Assembly (NCBI GenBank): GCA_964518545.1
Contig: CAZFGS010000001.1
Span: forward strand, 8,020-72,019
Direction: 5' to 3'
DNA: 64,000 nucleotides
Source: an uncultured Sulfurimonas sp.
Lineage (GTDB): Bacteria; Campylobacterota; Campylobacteria; Campylobacterales; Sulfurimonadaceae
Positions 30,514 to 38,864 of the stretch are shown one piece after another. The notes under the pieces are model-generated. The model had not been told where the DNA came from. It saw only the letters and a program-made list of their open reading frames with translations, and ran no database searches. The stretch's first letter is position 1. Every line of letters starts with the position of its first letter. Both the position numbers and the translations under genes were made by a program.

Positions 30514-31473
30514 ATGAGAATAGTACAACAAAGCATCAAAGAATCGGTTTCTCATGTCAAGTTTGATCTCTCGACTCTCATGTTAAACCAAAAAATACCT
30601 TTTAATCTCTATATAAAAAAAGACAAAAATTTTCTTATTATTATAGAGAAGGGAACTCTAATATCTCAAAAAATTCTTTCCATGCTAGAAAAACAAACAG
30701 CTCTGTTTATACAAAAAGAGGATATTCATAAAAAAAATCTTACTTATAAAACTTTAAGATCCTACCTTCAAAGTAACCTTGAATTAAAAGAGGTGACACT
30801 TCTGTTTTTGTATGAAGTAGTTCAAAAACAATTTGAGCATATGCACAAACATGAAAAACTTTATATAGATATGGATTTTGTGAACTCCTTTGTTGGTGAT
30901 ATTATCTACCTTATCCAAAATGACCCCCACTATTTAAAAAACACCATAAAGTATTTCTCAAGTGATTATAATATTGCCATACACTCACTTCACATTGCGA
31001 TCTATGCCATCAACATAGCGAACCAACTCCATCTCAAAGAAACAGAAATTTTAGAAATAGGTATTGCCGGATTACTCCATGATATTGGCATAAACAAGAT
31101 AGATCAAGAGATTCTTCATAAAAACACCCAACTGAGTGATGAGGAGATAAAAATAGTGCAGGAGCATCCAAAATTCAGTGTGGAGATACTCAAACATAAT
31201 CATCTCCACAACCCTTATATCTTAAATGCTGTTATGCACCATCATGAACGTCTTGACGGGACAGGATATCCTAATGGACTTTATGAAAATGAGATTAGTA
31301 AATATGCCGCTATTTTAGCGATTTGTGATGTGTTTGATGCACTAACAAATGAGAGACCTTATAGAGAAAAACACAGCTCTTTTGAAGCCTTGCAGATGAT
31401 GATGAAAGATCCAAGTATGCAAAATAATTTTAATAGAGAGTACTTGAGAATTTTTCTCAAGTCTTTAATGTAG
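30514..31473 (+). CDS. HD-GYP domain phosphodiesterase
   Basis: LLHDIG, HHERLDGTGYP and DVFDALT..RPY motifs. Confidence 0.88.
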   Translation: MRIVQQSIKESVSHVKFDLSTLMLNQKIPFNLYIKKDKNFLIIIEKGTLISQKILSMLEKQTALFIQKEDIHKKNLTYKTLRSYLQSNLELKEVTLLFLYEVVQKQFEHMHKHEKLYIDMDFVNSFVGDIIYLIQNDPHYLKNTIKYFSSDYNIAIHSLHIAIYAINIANQLHLKETEILEIGIAGLLHDIGINKIDQEILHKNTQLSDEEIKIVQEHPKFSVEILKHNHLHNPYILNAVMHHHERLDGTGYPNGLYENEISKYAAILAICDVFDALTNERPYREKHSSFEALQMMMKDPSMQNNFNREYLRIFLKSLM

Positions 31474-33115
31474 CAAGTATCTTCTGTGCCACACGAAAAG
31501 AGTTTGCATAAATCGTCCAAGTATAAGGAACACTTCCCCCTGTTGGCATAAAAGAAGCATCGCTTACATAAAGATTTTCTAAATCATGTGCTTTACAGTC
31601 TACATCAAGTACTGATGTTTTGGGGTCTTTACCAAAACGGCATCCTCCAGCGACAAGGTTTGGAGGGGGAGCAGAAGATATGGAGTACTCCACCTCGAGT
31701 GCTCCCATCTTTTTAAGTAACTCTGCTGCTTTTTTTGCTAGATGCTCTCCCACTTCCAAATCATGAGGATGAGAGTTAAGGTTTATCACCCCTACTGGTA
31801 CACCCCATTTGTCTTTTGTCTTTTCATCTACACGGACATTACAGTTATCAGTGGGGAGCCAATCGTTAAATACTTCAAAAGTAAGCACTCGCGAAGTGGT
31901 GAGTCTTTTATGTAATCTCTCTGCCAAGGCTTGCCCCCATAGAAGATTGCCCTCTTCATCATAGAGTTCTCTGTTGGCTCTAGAGATAATATTTTGGTGT
32001 TCAAAAAGAAAATCAATTGTTCCTCCTTTATATTTACGGCACCCATCATCATAGTCATACCACTCTTGTAAACTTCTGTTAAAAAACAAACCAACTTGCA
32101 TCAGCTCTTTTTGTTGCTTTTGAGTTAATTTTTCAAAAACAAAACGACCACTTCCACTTCCCCCTGCAGAAAAAACAAGATTGTTCCCAAGCTCGCCACT
32201 CGAGTTTGCCAAACCCCTTGGAAAGTACTTGTTTTTAGAGTTTAAAAGAAGTCTTACACTCTCTATGGCTTGAGCTGAAAGTACAAAGATTTTGGCTTCA
32301 ATAGTATGACTTTTATTGGCTTTGTCGTAATAGTAAGCCTTAGTTACTTTTGTAGTATCACTCTCTAGCTTATACACAAAAGCCTCAGAGATTATCTCAG
32401 CTTTACACCTTTGTAAAAGTGCTGCTCTTGCACTCCCTTTTGCACCACTTGCACAGCCATAACTTCCACAAAAATTAGAATAGTAGCACCCTTTTCTCCC
32501 CAAGGCATCTTCAGATAAAACTGCCCTTGGTGTAGGGATAGCATCATAACCCTGCTCCTCACAAGCCTTGTCAAACCATTGTGTTACACCATTGACCTCT
32601 AACATTTTATAGGGAAACTCTTTGGAAGAACGTGGCTCTTGATACTTATGCTCCACAACTCTTCCACTCACACCAACTACTCTCTCCACCTTCTTATAAT
32701 AAGGTTCAAGCTCTTCATAAGAGATGGGCCAGTCAACTACATTAGCCCCTCGAATCTTTCCATAAACTGAACGAAGTTTAAAATCATTTGGCTTCATCCG
32801 GTGAAAATACCCACTCATTAAGTTTGAAGAACCTCCCACCATAGAGCCATTCCAAAAATTCCACCCACTCTCTTTACCACTGTATCTTGTAAAATTGCCT
32901 GAGGGTTTGTACTCATTGATGATGTGAAACTCATCTTGTAGGTTTGGAGTAAACATATCACGGCGAGAGACAGCCAATTCATCCTTAGTGAAATCTTCCT
33001 CCTTGTAGTACTTTCCCTTCTCCAAAACCACTACATTAAATCCGGCATTACTTAGCTCATAAGCGATAGGGGAACCCCCTGCTCCACTCCCTATAATACA
33101 TACATCATACATCAT
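31457..33115 (-). CDS. GMC family oxidoreductase (gluconate 2-dehydrogenase-like flavoprotein)
   Basis: DVCIIGSGAGG FAD motif, C...FC..YGC cluster and NLYVSDASFMPT. Start placed at ATG 33115 (ATGA overlap). Confidence 0.85.
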   Translation of the reverse strand: MMYDVCIIGSGAGGSPIAYELSNAGFNVVVLEKGKYYKEEDFTKDELAVSRRDMFTPNLQDEFHIINEYKPSGNFTRYSGKESGWNFWNGSMVGGSSNLMSGYFHRMKPNDFKLRSVYGKIRGANVVDWPISYEELEPYYKKVERVVGVSGRVVEHKYQEPRSSKEFPYKMLEVNGVTQWFDKACEEQGYDAIPTPRAVLSEDALGRKGCYYSNFCGSYGCASGAKGSARAALLQRCKAEIISEAFVYKLESDTTKVTKAYYYDKANKSHTIEAKIFVLSAQAIESVRLLLNSKNKYFPRGLANSSGELGNNLVFSAGGSGSGRFVFEKLTQKQQKELMQVGLFFNRSLQEWYDYDDGCRKYKGGTIDFLFEHQNIISRANRELYDEEGNLLWGQALAERLHKRLTTSRVLTFEVFNDWLPTDNCNVRVDEKTKDKWGVPVGVINLNSHPHDLEVGEHLAKKAAELLKKMGALEVEYSISSAPPPNLVAGGCRFGKDPKTSVLDVDCKAHDLENLYVSDASFMPTGGSVPYTWTIYANSFRVAQKILATLKT

Positions 33116-33603
33116 AAATAAGCCTCTTTTGGATATGGCAGACCATTTTGAAATTCTAGCCATTTTTGTCCACTGCGTTTTGGATTCACCCCATAGACAG
33201 GGTCACTAAAAGTTGCTTCCATAATGTAAGTGAGAAGGGTGTAGAGATAACTATCGCCCCACTCTTTTTGAGAGATACTTTTAAGGAGTTCTTCGCGTTT
33301 CAATTCATGAAGTTCATGGTAGAGTGCTCCATATACCTCAACAGCTTCTTCATTTATCCATTTGATGCCATTTTTAAGGTACTCCTTTTCATCTTCATCT
33401 ATACGGGAGTGGTGTTGTATCAGTGTAAAATAGGCTGGTAAATGAATACCCATCTCTTTTGCTTGAGGGAAAAGGTCATATTGAAGTATGCAAAGTGTTG
33501 TATTTGGGGTAACTTGTGAAAATATTCTCCCCGAGTTCATCACCACAACAACAGAAGTGACAAAACCAGCTATAAGAAAATTACGGCGTTTATTTTGCAC
33601 CAT
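33112..33603 (-). CDS. Gluconate 2-dehydrogenase subunit 3-like protein with Tat signal
   Basis: KRRNFL twin-arginine motif; FSDPVYG and W..F..G.P motifs; coupled to the GMC gene. Confidence 0.75.
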   Translation of the reverse strand: MVQNKRRNFLIAGFVTSVVVVMNSGRIFSQVTPNTTLCILQYDLFPQAKEMGIHLPAYFTLIQHHSRIDEDEKEYLKNGIKWINEEAVEVYGALYHELHELKREELLKSISQKEWGDSYLYTLLTYIMEATFSDPVYGVNPKRSGQKWLEFQNGLPYPKEAYL

Positions 33604-33794
33604 TAATCCTTAAAAATATCATCAAAAAAAGAACTTTTTTTCTTAGGCTCATAAGCACTGATTCTTTCATCTATGAAGTCTGGATCCCCTTTTTCAAACA
33701 TATCTTGTGAAACTCTTGTTATATGTTTTTTTGGTTGCTCCTCTTTAACAAAACCATTACTTTTTGAGCCCTTTATTCCATGAGGCATACACAT
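33603..33794 (-). CDS. Small hypothetical protein (63 aa) beginning MCMPHG
   Basis: AAGGAG RBS 6 nt before ATG 33794; stop overlaps the next start; has its own boxed promoter. Confidence 0.7.
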   Translation of the reverse strand: MCMPHGIKGSKSNGFVKEEQPKKHITRVSQDMFEKGDPDFIDERISAYEPKKKSSFFDDIFKD

Positions 33795-33822
33795 GATAGA
33801 CTCCTTATTTGTTCTTAGTTTT

Positions 33823-33854
33823 ATTATACACAAAAAGTGTGTACTCTTTGTGTA
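33823..33854 (-). promoter_or_regulatory. Promoter TACACA-N5-TACACA-N9-TATAAT
   Basis: Perfect tandem hexamer with conserved spacing. Confidence 0.75.
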
Positions 33855-35567
33855 TTACTCTAAGCTCAAATGCTCCCTTTGAAGCTCTTGAAGATTTTTC
33901 AATCCCATCACAGCGAGTAAGTTTCTTATGCCATAGAGTAGCTGTTCATGATAGGAAGCGATATTTTTAGCTTTTTTCTCTACTAAAAATGAGGCACGTT
34001 TTCGTTTGTCTTGAGTAGCAAGACCTACGGGGCAACTTCTTCCATTTGCACCTGAACACTCCCTTGCACGAATACATCCAGCACTCATCATAAAAGCCCT
34101 TGCAATAGCAACATAATCAGCTCCAAGTCCAAACAAAGCCACAGCATCATCAGGAGTAAGCACCTTCTCACTTGCTATGAGCTTTATATCTTTTCTCACA
34201 CCAGCCTTAGAGAGAGAATCTTGTGCAATACAAAGTGCCTTGGTGATATTCATCCCAACACTCATCATCATCTCTAAAGGAGCAGCACCACTCCCTCCAT
34301 CTCCACCATCAATAGTGATAAAATCAGGATAAGCACTTGAGCCACTCTCAAGTCGATTTTTAATCAATGAGACATACTCTTCAAAACCCTCTTGAGAAGA
34401 GATAACAATCTTCACCCCAACAGGTTTTTCACATAAACTTTTAAGCTCCCCTATAAAATCAAACAACTCCTCAAGAGTTTTTCCATAAGGAAATTTATTT
34501 GGTGAGAAGAGATCTTTATGTGGCTCTACACCTCGATAGTATGCTATAGCCTCACTTACTTTAGATGCAAGAAGTTTTCCCCCTGTTTGTTTGGCACCTT
34601 GAGCCATCTTAATCTCAGTCATCTTTGCAAAGCACATACTTTTTTTGTAGCGTTCTTTATCAAAGTTTCCTTCTTTGTCTCTTACCCCATAAAGCCCACT
34701 CCCTATCTGTAAAATGATGTCGGGTATATCTGTGGGTACCTCTTTAGGGAAAGACTCTAGTGGGGCATCCCAGTTCACTCTAAAACATACAAGAGACTCT
34801 TTATCAAAGAGATAACTCTCTTGTGCTTGAGAATTGAGTATCATATGTCTATAAACTTTTTCTGCTACGGCTTCATTGACAAAAAATTTCACAATCTTAT
34901 AGATTGTTTTTGCAAAAGATGTCCCTTCAAAAACATCCAAATATTCTTTTCTTTGTAAAGTGTACTTATGTGTATAAAGAAAGTTTGAAGTAAGTCCTCC
35001 CTCCCCTGTATTAATTGGAAATTTTCCAAGATAAGCTCCTTTACAAAAGGCTCTTGTCCCCTCTGGAGAGATGGCACCATCACTCATAGCACTTCTTCCT
35101 AAGATGGAGTTGCTCCTAAAAGGGTATTTAAGGTTTTTTCCAAACATGACATGAAACTGATCATTAACTTCTTCTATATTTAAAACACAGTTGGCATTTT
35201 TCATATTGAGTCTGACAGTTTTTTTTGCTTCTTCAGGAGAAAAGGAAGTGTAAGCAGATTTCCCCTCTGCAGAGTTGTAAACCCATTTTACCTTGTCAAA
35301 AGATTCATAAAATTTTTCATCTCCAAAATATTGGCGCATAGGATCACGTAAAGCATAAAAGAGATAGCGTAGTCTCCCAATAAGTGGGTAATTTATAAGA
35401 AGCTGATTCTCTCTTTGGATATATTTGTCATAGACAAACAGAACAAAAGAGATAAATAGAAAAAGAAGGAAAATTGCCTTAAGTAAAAACATCAAGATAG
35501 GAAATTCATAACCCCCTATCTTGCTTGTAAGATTAAGTAAGTCCCGAAAAGTGTACAGGCTTTCCAT
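33855..35567 (-). CDS. Membrane-anchored FMN-binding glutamate synthase family protein (stand-alone GltB FMN domain)
   Basis: SAMSDG, NTGEGG, EIKMAQGAK, IDGGDGGSGAAP, GCIRAREC and CPVGLATQD motifs; N-terminal TM. Confidence 0.85.
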   Translation of the reverse strand: MESLYTFRDLLNLTSKIGGYEFPILMFLLKAIFLLFLFISFVLFVYDKYIQRENQLLINYPLIGRLRYLFYALRDPMRQYFGDEKFYESFDKVKWVYNSAEGKSAYTSFSPEEAKKTVRLNMKNANCVLNIEEVNDQFHVMFGKNLKYPFRSNSILGRSAMSDGAISPEGTRAFCKGAYLGKFPINTGEGGLTSNFLYTHKYTLQRKEYLDVFEGTSFAKTIYKIVKFFVNEAVAEKVYRHMILNSQAQESYLFDKESLVCFRVNWDAPLESFPKEVPTDIPDIILQIGSGLYGVRDKEGNFDKERYKKSMCFAKMTEIKMAQGAKQTGGKLLASKVSEAIAYYRGVEPHKDLFSPNKFPYGKTLEELFDFIGELKSLCEKPVGVKIVISSQEGFEEYVSLIKNRLESGSSAYPDFITIDGGDGGSGAAPLEMMMSVGMNITKALCIAQDSLSKAGVRKDIKLIASEKVLTPDDAVALFGLGADYVAIARAFMMSAGCIRARECSGANGRSCPVGLATQDKRKRASFLVEKKAKNIASYHEQLLYGIRNLLAVMGLKNLQELQREHLSLE

Positions 35568-35570
35568 AAT

Positions 35571-36011
35571 CTAATTTCTTTCACCAAAAATCAATCTATC
35601 AAGAGAGAATTTACCAGCTCCTTGAGATAAAAAGAGAAGTAAAAACAGCATATAATAAAGTGGTATCTCAAAGCCATTATCTCCTGCAGAAAATCCATGA
35701 GGAAGATGCACGGTTACGATTGCCACTATCATCACAACAATTAAAGGGATGGAGATAACACGAGTAAGTAAGCCTAATGTTAAAAGTACCACCCCTAAAG
35801 ATTCCGTTGAAGCTGCCATATAGGCATTGAGTGTTGGAAAAGGGATCCCCATAGAGCCAAACCATTCAGCCACAGATTTTATATCACCCCATTTCATCAT
35901 TGCTGGTTCATAAAAGCCATATGCAACAACCAATCTAGCCAACAGTAAGGCAAACGAATGAAGATACTCACTTAGACGTGTGAACTCCAAGTATGTTTTT
36001 AAAAATCTCAT
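35571..36011 (-). CDS. DoxX family membrane protein (HvfX/BufD-like)
   Basis: LLARL, GIPFP..NAY.A...E and NGFEIPLYY..GAGKFSLD motifs. Confidence 0.85.
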   Translation of the reverse strand: MRFLKTYLEFTRLSEYLHSFALLLARLVVAYGFYEPAMMKWGDIKSVAEWFGSMGIPFPTLNAYMAASTESLGVVLLTLGLLTRVISIPLIVVMIVAIVTVHLPHGFSAGDNGFEIPLYYMLFLLLFLSQGAGKFSLDRLIFGERN

Positions 36012-36037
36012 AATAAACTCCTTAGTTCTTACTTAGC

Positions 36038-36069
36038 ATTGTAACTCTTGTATGTGTAGTAAGTGTGTA
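36038..36069 (-). promoter_or_regulatory. doxX promoter TACACA-N5-TACACA-N9-TACAAT
   Basis: Perfect tandem hexamer with conserved spacing. Confidence 0.75.
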
Positions 36070-36173
36070 GTATCTTTAGTAGTTCATTTAAGATATGAAA
36101 AAAATCTCAACTATTTTAAGAGTAAAAAAAGGAGGGGAGGTAAATCGTTTAGGTAAATTTTAGAGATTCATAA

Positions 36174-36204
36174 TAAGTTCAGAGATTTAAAACCGCTGAA
36201 CTTA
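36174..36204 (-). terminator. Hairpin downstream of the Cys-rich peptide gene
   Basis: Inverted repeat TAAGTTCAG...CTGAACTTA about 10 nt after the stop. Confidence 0.5.
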
Positions 36205-36213
36205 CATTAAAGC

Positions 36214-36483
36214 TTATTTAGTTCCGCATTTTCCTGCACCACATTTCATCGCTTTTTTCTCTTTTTTAGCATCGCCACATTTTCCAGAGCCACACTTCAT
36301 CGATTTTTTGGCCTTTTTAGCATCACCACATTTACCTGCACCACATTTTTTTGCTGGTTTTTCCATAGATGACCCACATTTACCTGCACCACATTTCATA
36401 TCTGAAGCACTAAGGCTCACTGCACCAAGACCTGTAAAAAGAGCTGCTCCTAAAAGTAGGCTCGCTAGATTTAACTTTTTCAT
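36214..36483 (-). CDS. Secreted low-complexity Cys-rich peptide with four KCG(A/S)GKCG repeats (HvfA/bufferin-precursor-like)
   Basis: Sec signal peptide, then 4 repeats with 8 Cys; next to doxX. Confidence 0.8.
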   Translation of the reverse strand: MKKLNLASLLLGAALFTGLGAVSLSASDMKCGAGKCGSSMEKPAKKCGAGKCGDAKKAKKSMKCGSGKCGDAKKEKKAMKCGAGKCGTK

Positions 36484-36529
36484 TGTATATCCTTTAAAAT
36501 TTTTCTGTCACTTATGTTCCATTGAAAAG

Positions 36530-36561
36530 ATTATACAAAAAAAGTGTGTAGTCATTGTGTA
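36530..36561 (-). promoter_or_regulatory. Promoter TACACA-N5-TACACA-N9-TATAAT
   Basis: Perfect tandem hexamer with conserved spacing. Confidence 0.75.
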
Positions 36562-36620
36562 ATCATCATTCAAAGAGAAAATAGTGTATAATTAGCTTTA
36601 TATATACCAAAGGCTTTATC

Positions 36621-37472
36621 ATACTCTCTAAAAAACAAACATACCTCGAGCAGTTTCGCTCATTTTACAAAGAACACAAACCAGCCAACTTTGAAGACGC
36701 TCTAGAAAAATTTTCCATTTTTGGTGGTGTAGAATGGGGAAAGGTAGATACAGCTGAAGATACTTTTACACTTATTCAAAAGCTTATTTTAGATGACTAT
36801 AGATATATCAGAAACGATATCACTGATCTTACGGGTGGACTACCTTTATATCATACTATCTTAAGTGCTATTGCTCTTGGAGATGGGAAACTTCACTCTG
36901 TTTATAAACGCTCAAGTGTAAGTGATCAAGTGGGTGATAATGCTGTAGAAGATTTAGTAGAAAAAGGGATCATCAAAGTTACAAAAGTCAAAGGAAGTGA
37001 TGACAGACTCTACTTTGCTACACCTTTTTTACGCTTTTGGTTTGCCTTTGTCTCACCCCTTTTTAAAGGTATAAGAGATGGTGACTACAAAGAGGTACAA
37101 GAGCGATGGGAAAACAAGAAAAATGAATTTTTCCAAGAAGCTTTTGTAAGGCTCTCTCATGAACTGCTTCGTAAAACACTTAAAGAGAAACAGATTATGA
37201 AAATCTCTCAATACTACGATGAAACAAGTAATTTTGAGATTTATGCCAATACAAAAGATAAAAAAATTATCTTAGGGAGTGTAAAATACACAAACAATAA
37301 AGTGAAAAAAAGTGAGTTAACGAAGCTTCAAACTCAAGCACAAAAAGCAGAGTTTGCTGTCGATACATTTGTTATTATCTCTAAAAAAGGGTTCTCTAGT
37401 GAACTTAAATCACAAAAAGGGGAAAAACTAAAACTTTTCACCCTTAAAAATTTTAAATCTTTAGTAGAGTAA
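36621..37472 (+). CDS. DUF234-type (archaeal ATPase C-terminal-like) protein, probable non-canonical start
   Basis: Frame is open from 36585 (..YLEQFRSFY..FSIFGG..) with no ATG/GTG/TTG until 36930. PFLRFWFAFV and SK.GFS motifs. Confidence 0.7.
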   Translation: MLSKKQTYLEQFRSFYKEHKPANFEDALEKFSIFGGVEWGKVDTAEDTFTLIQKLILDDYRYIRNDITDLTGGLPLYHTILSAIALGDGKLHSVYKRSSVSDQVGDNAVEDLVEKGIIKVTKVKGSDDRLYFATPFLRFWFAFVSPLFKGIRDGDYKEVQERWENKKNEFFQEAFVRLSHELLRKTLKEKQIMKISQYYDETSNFEIYANTKDKKIILGSVKYTNNKVKKSELTKLQTQAQKAEFAVDTFVIISKKGFSSELKSQKGEKLKLFTLKNFKSLVE

Positions 37473-37478
37473 GATAAA

Positions 37479-38795
37479 CTAGCGTTTATCCCAACCTACC
37501 ATCCCCCACGACTCTAAATCATTTTGGAGTGTTTTCATACTGCGATCTTTTTTATGGCAAGCAAAACAGGCGTTAGTCTCTTTGGGCATAGCATATTTTA
37601 ATGTTTGAGCCGGTGTTACAAAACCAAACATATGTGTTCTTACAGTAAGTGGAGATTTTCCAGTATGACGACCCACTTTTGGCATATGACACTCTACACA
37701 TAAACTCCCTTTAGAGTCTGCTTTATGATGTGTATGTTCTTCTAAAGTTTTTTGATGTGGTCCAATGATAGAATCAAATGAATGACACTTCATACAAAGG
37801 GCATTACCGGTATTGTGTTGTGCTGTTGGCTCTAAGGTATGTGGATTATGGCAATTGATACAAGTGATTCCATGTTTACCTTTCATAGAGTGAACAAACT
37901 CATTTCCTTGTGTACGATTCTTTTTTCCCATACCATTGGCATAAAACTCTTTTGTTTCATGCCCTAGAGTAAAAGGTGCAACCATTTTATACTTACTTAA
38001 AGCTCTTCCTGCTTCATACCCAGCTGGATAATCTTTTGCATCTCCATAGATATCTGCCATACTCTGTGTCTCTAAACGTTTATCACGGTTTCGCATATGA
38101 CACTGTAAACACACCTCATTTTGACGGACAGGATCACTTAAAGAAGCAAGGTAAACTTTTGACTCTGGTTCTTTGACATGCTCCGAAGCTGGACCATGAC
38201 AAGCCTCACAGGAGATACCACTCTCCACCCGTTTTGATTCTGACATAAAACCTGTAAAATGACATCCATCACAAGCTCTTGAAGTTGGTAATGCTTGGTT
38301 ATCATGCGGATAAGCCTCTTTGTACCAGTACTTCCACGGTTTAAAATGTTGCCACTTTTGAGTTTGAACATTCCATTGATAATTTCCTAAAACATAATCT
38401 TCTGTACCATTGATATCTTTTCGCATCATAAAACGTTGTTTAAATTTTCCACCTACGGTATAAACAGCATCTTTGAGTGTAAAGTCTGCATCATCTGGAA
38501 GTTTAGAGAAGTCTGCCACTACAACAGAAGGGTTCTTTTGTGGGCTTTGAATCATCTTAGGGTGGCGAGAATGTGACCATGCTTCATGTTTTTCTTTATG
38601 ACACTCTAAACATTTTGACGAACCTACAAAATGAGCCTCTTTTTGAGCACTCTCTTGTAAGTCCAAGTGATCCCCCACTCTCTCTTGTGTCAACTGCTTA
38701 TAATAGGGTAAAATTTTACCCCCTTTAAGATAGGAAAAATAAACCCCTACAGAGATAACAATAAATATAAAAATAATTTTTTTCAAAAAGAACAC
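37479..38795 (-). CDS. Multiheme (8 CxxCH) c-type cytochrome with N-terminal anchor
   Basis: CLECH, CDGCH, CEACH, CLQCH, CINCH, CMKCH, CVECH and CFACH. Confidence 0.9.
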   Translation of the reverse strand: MFFLKKIIFIFIVISVGVYFSYLKGGKILPYYKQLTQERVGDHLDLQESAQKEAHFVGSSKCLECHKEKHEAWSHSRHPKMIQSPQKNPSVVVADFSKLPDDADFTLKDAVYTVGGKFKQRFMMRKDINGTEDYVLGNYQWNVQTQKWQHFKPWKYWYKEAYPHDNQALPTSRACDGCHFTGFMSESKRVESGISCEACHGPASEHVKEPESKVYLASLSDPVRQNEVCLQCHMRNRDKRLETQSMADIYGDAKDYPAGYEAGRALSKYKMVAPFTLGHETKEFYANGMGKKNRTQGNEFVHSMKGKHGITCINCHNPHTLEPTAQHNTGNALCMKCHSFDSIIGPHQKTLEEHTHHKADSKGSLCVECHMPKVGRHTGKSPLTVRTHMFGFVTPAQTLKYAMPKETNACFACHKKDRSMKTLQNDLESWGMVGWDKR

Positions 38796-38864
38796 CCCTA
38801 ATATTTTTCAATAATTATATCATTAGAATTCTTTGATATACTTACTTAAAAAGAGGTATATCCT

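Noticed and set aside
15227-31473. Short convergent 3' overlaps (15227-15234, 20701-20720, 31457-31473) as antisense regulation
   Set aside because: Such overlaps are common in compact Campylobacterota genomes and there is no further evidence.
33855-35567. Functional glutamate synthase (gltB)
   Set aside because: Only the FMN/FeS domain is present; there is no amidotransferase domain and no gltD.
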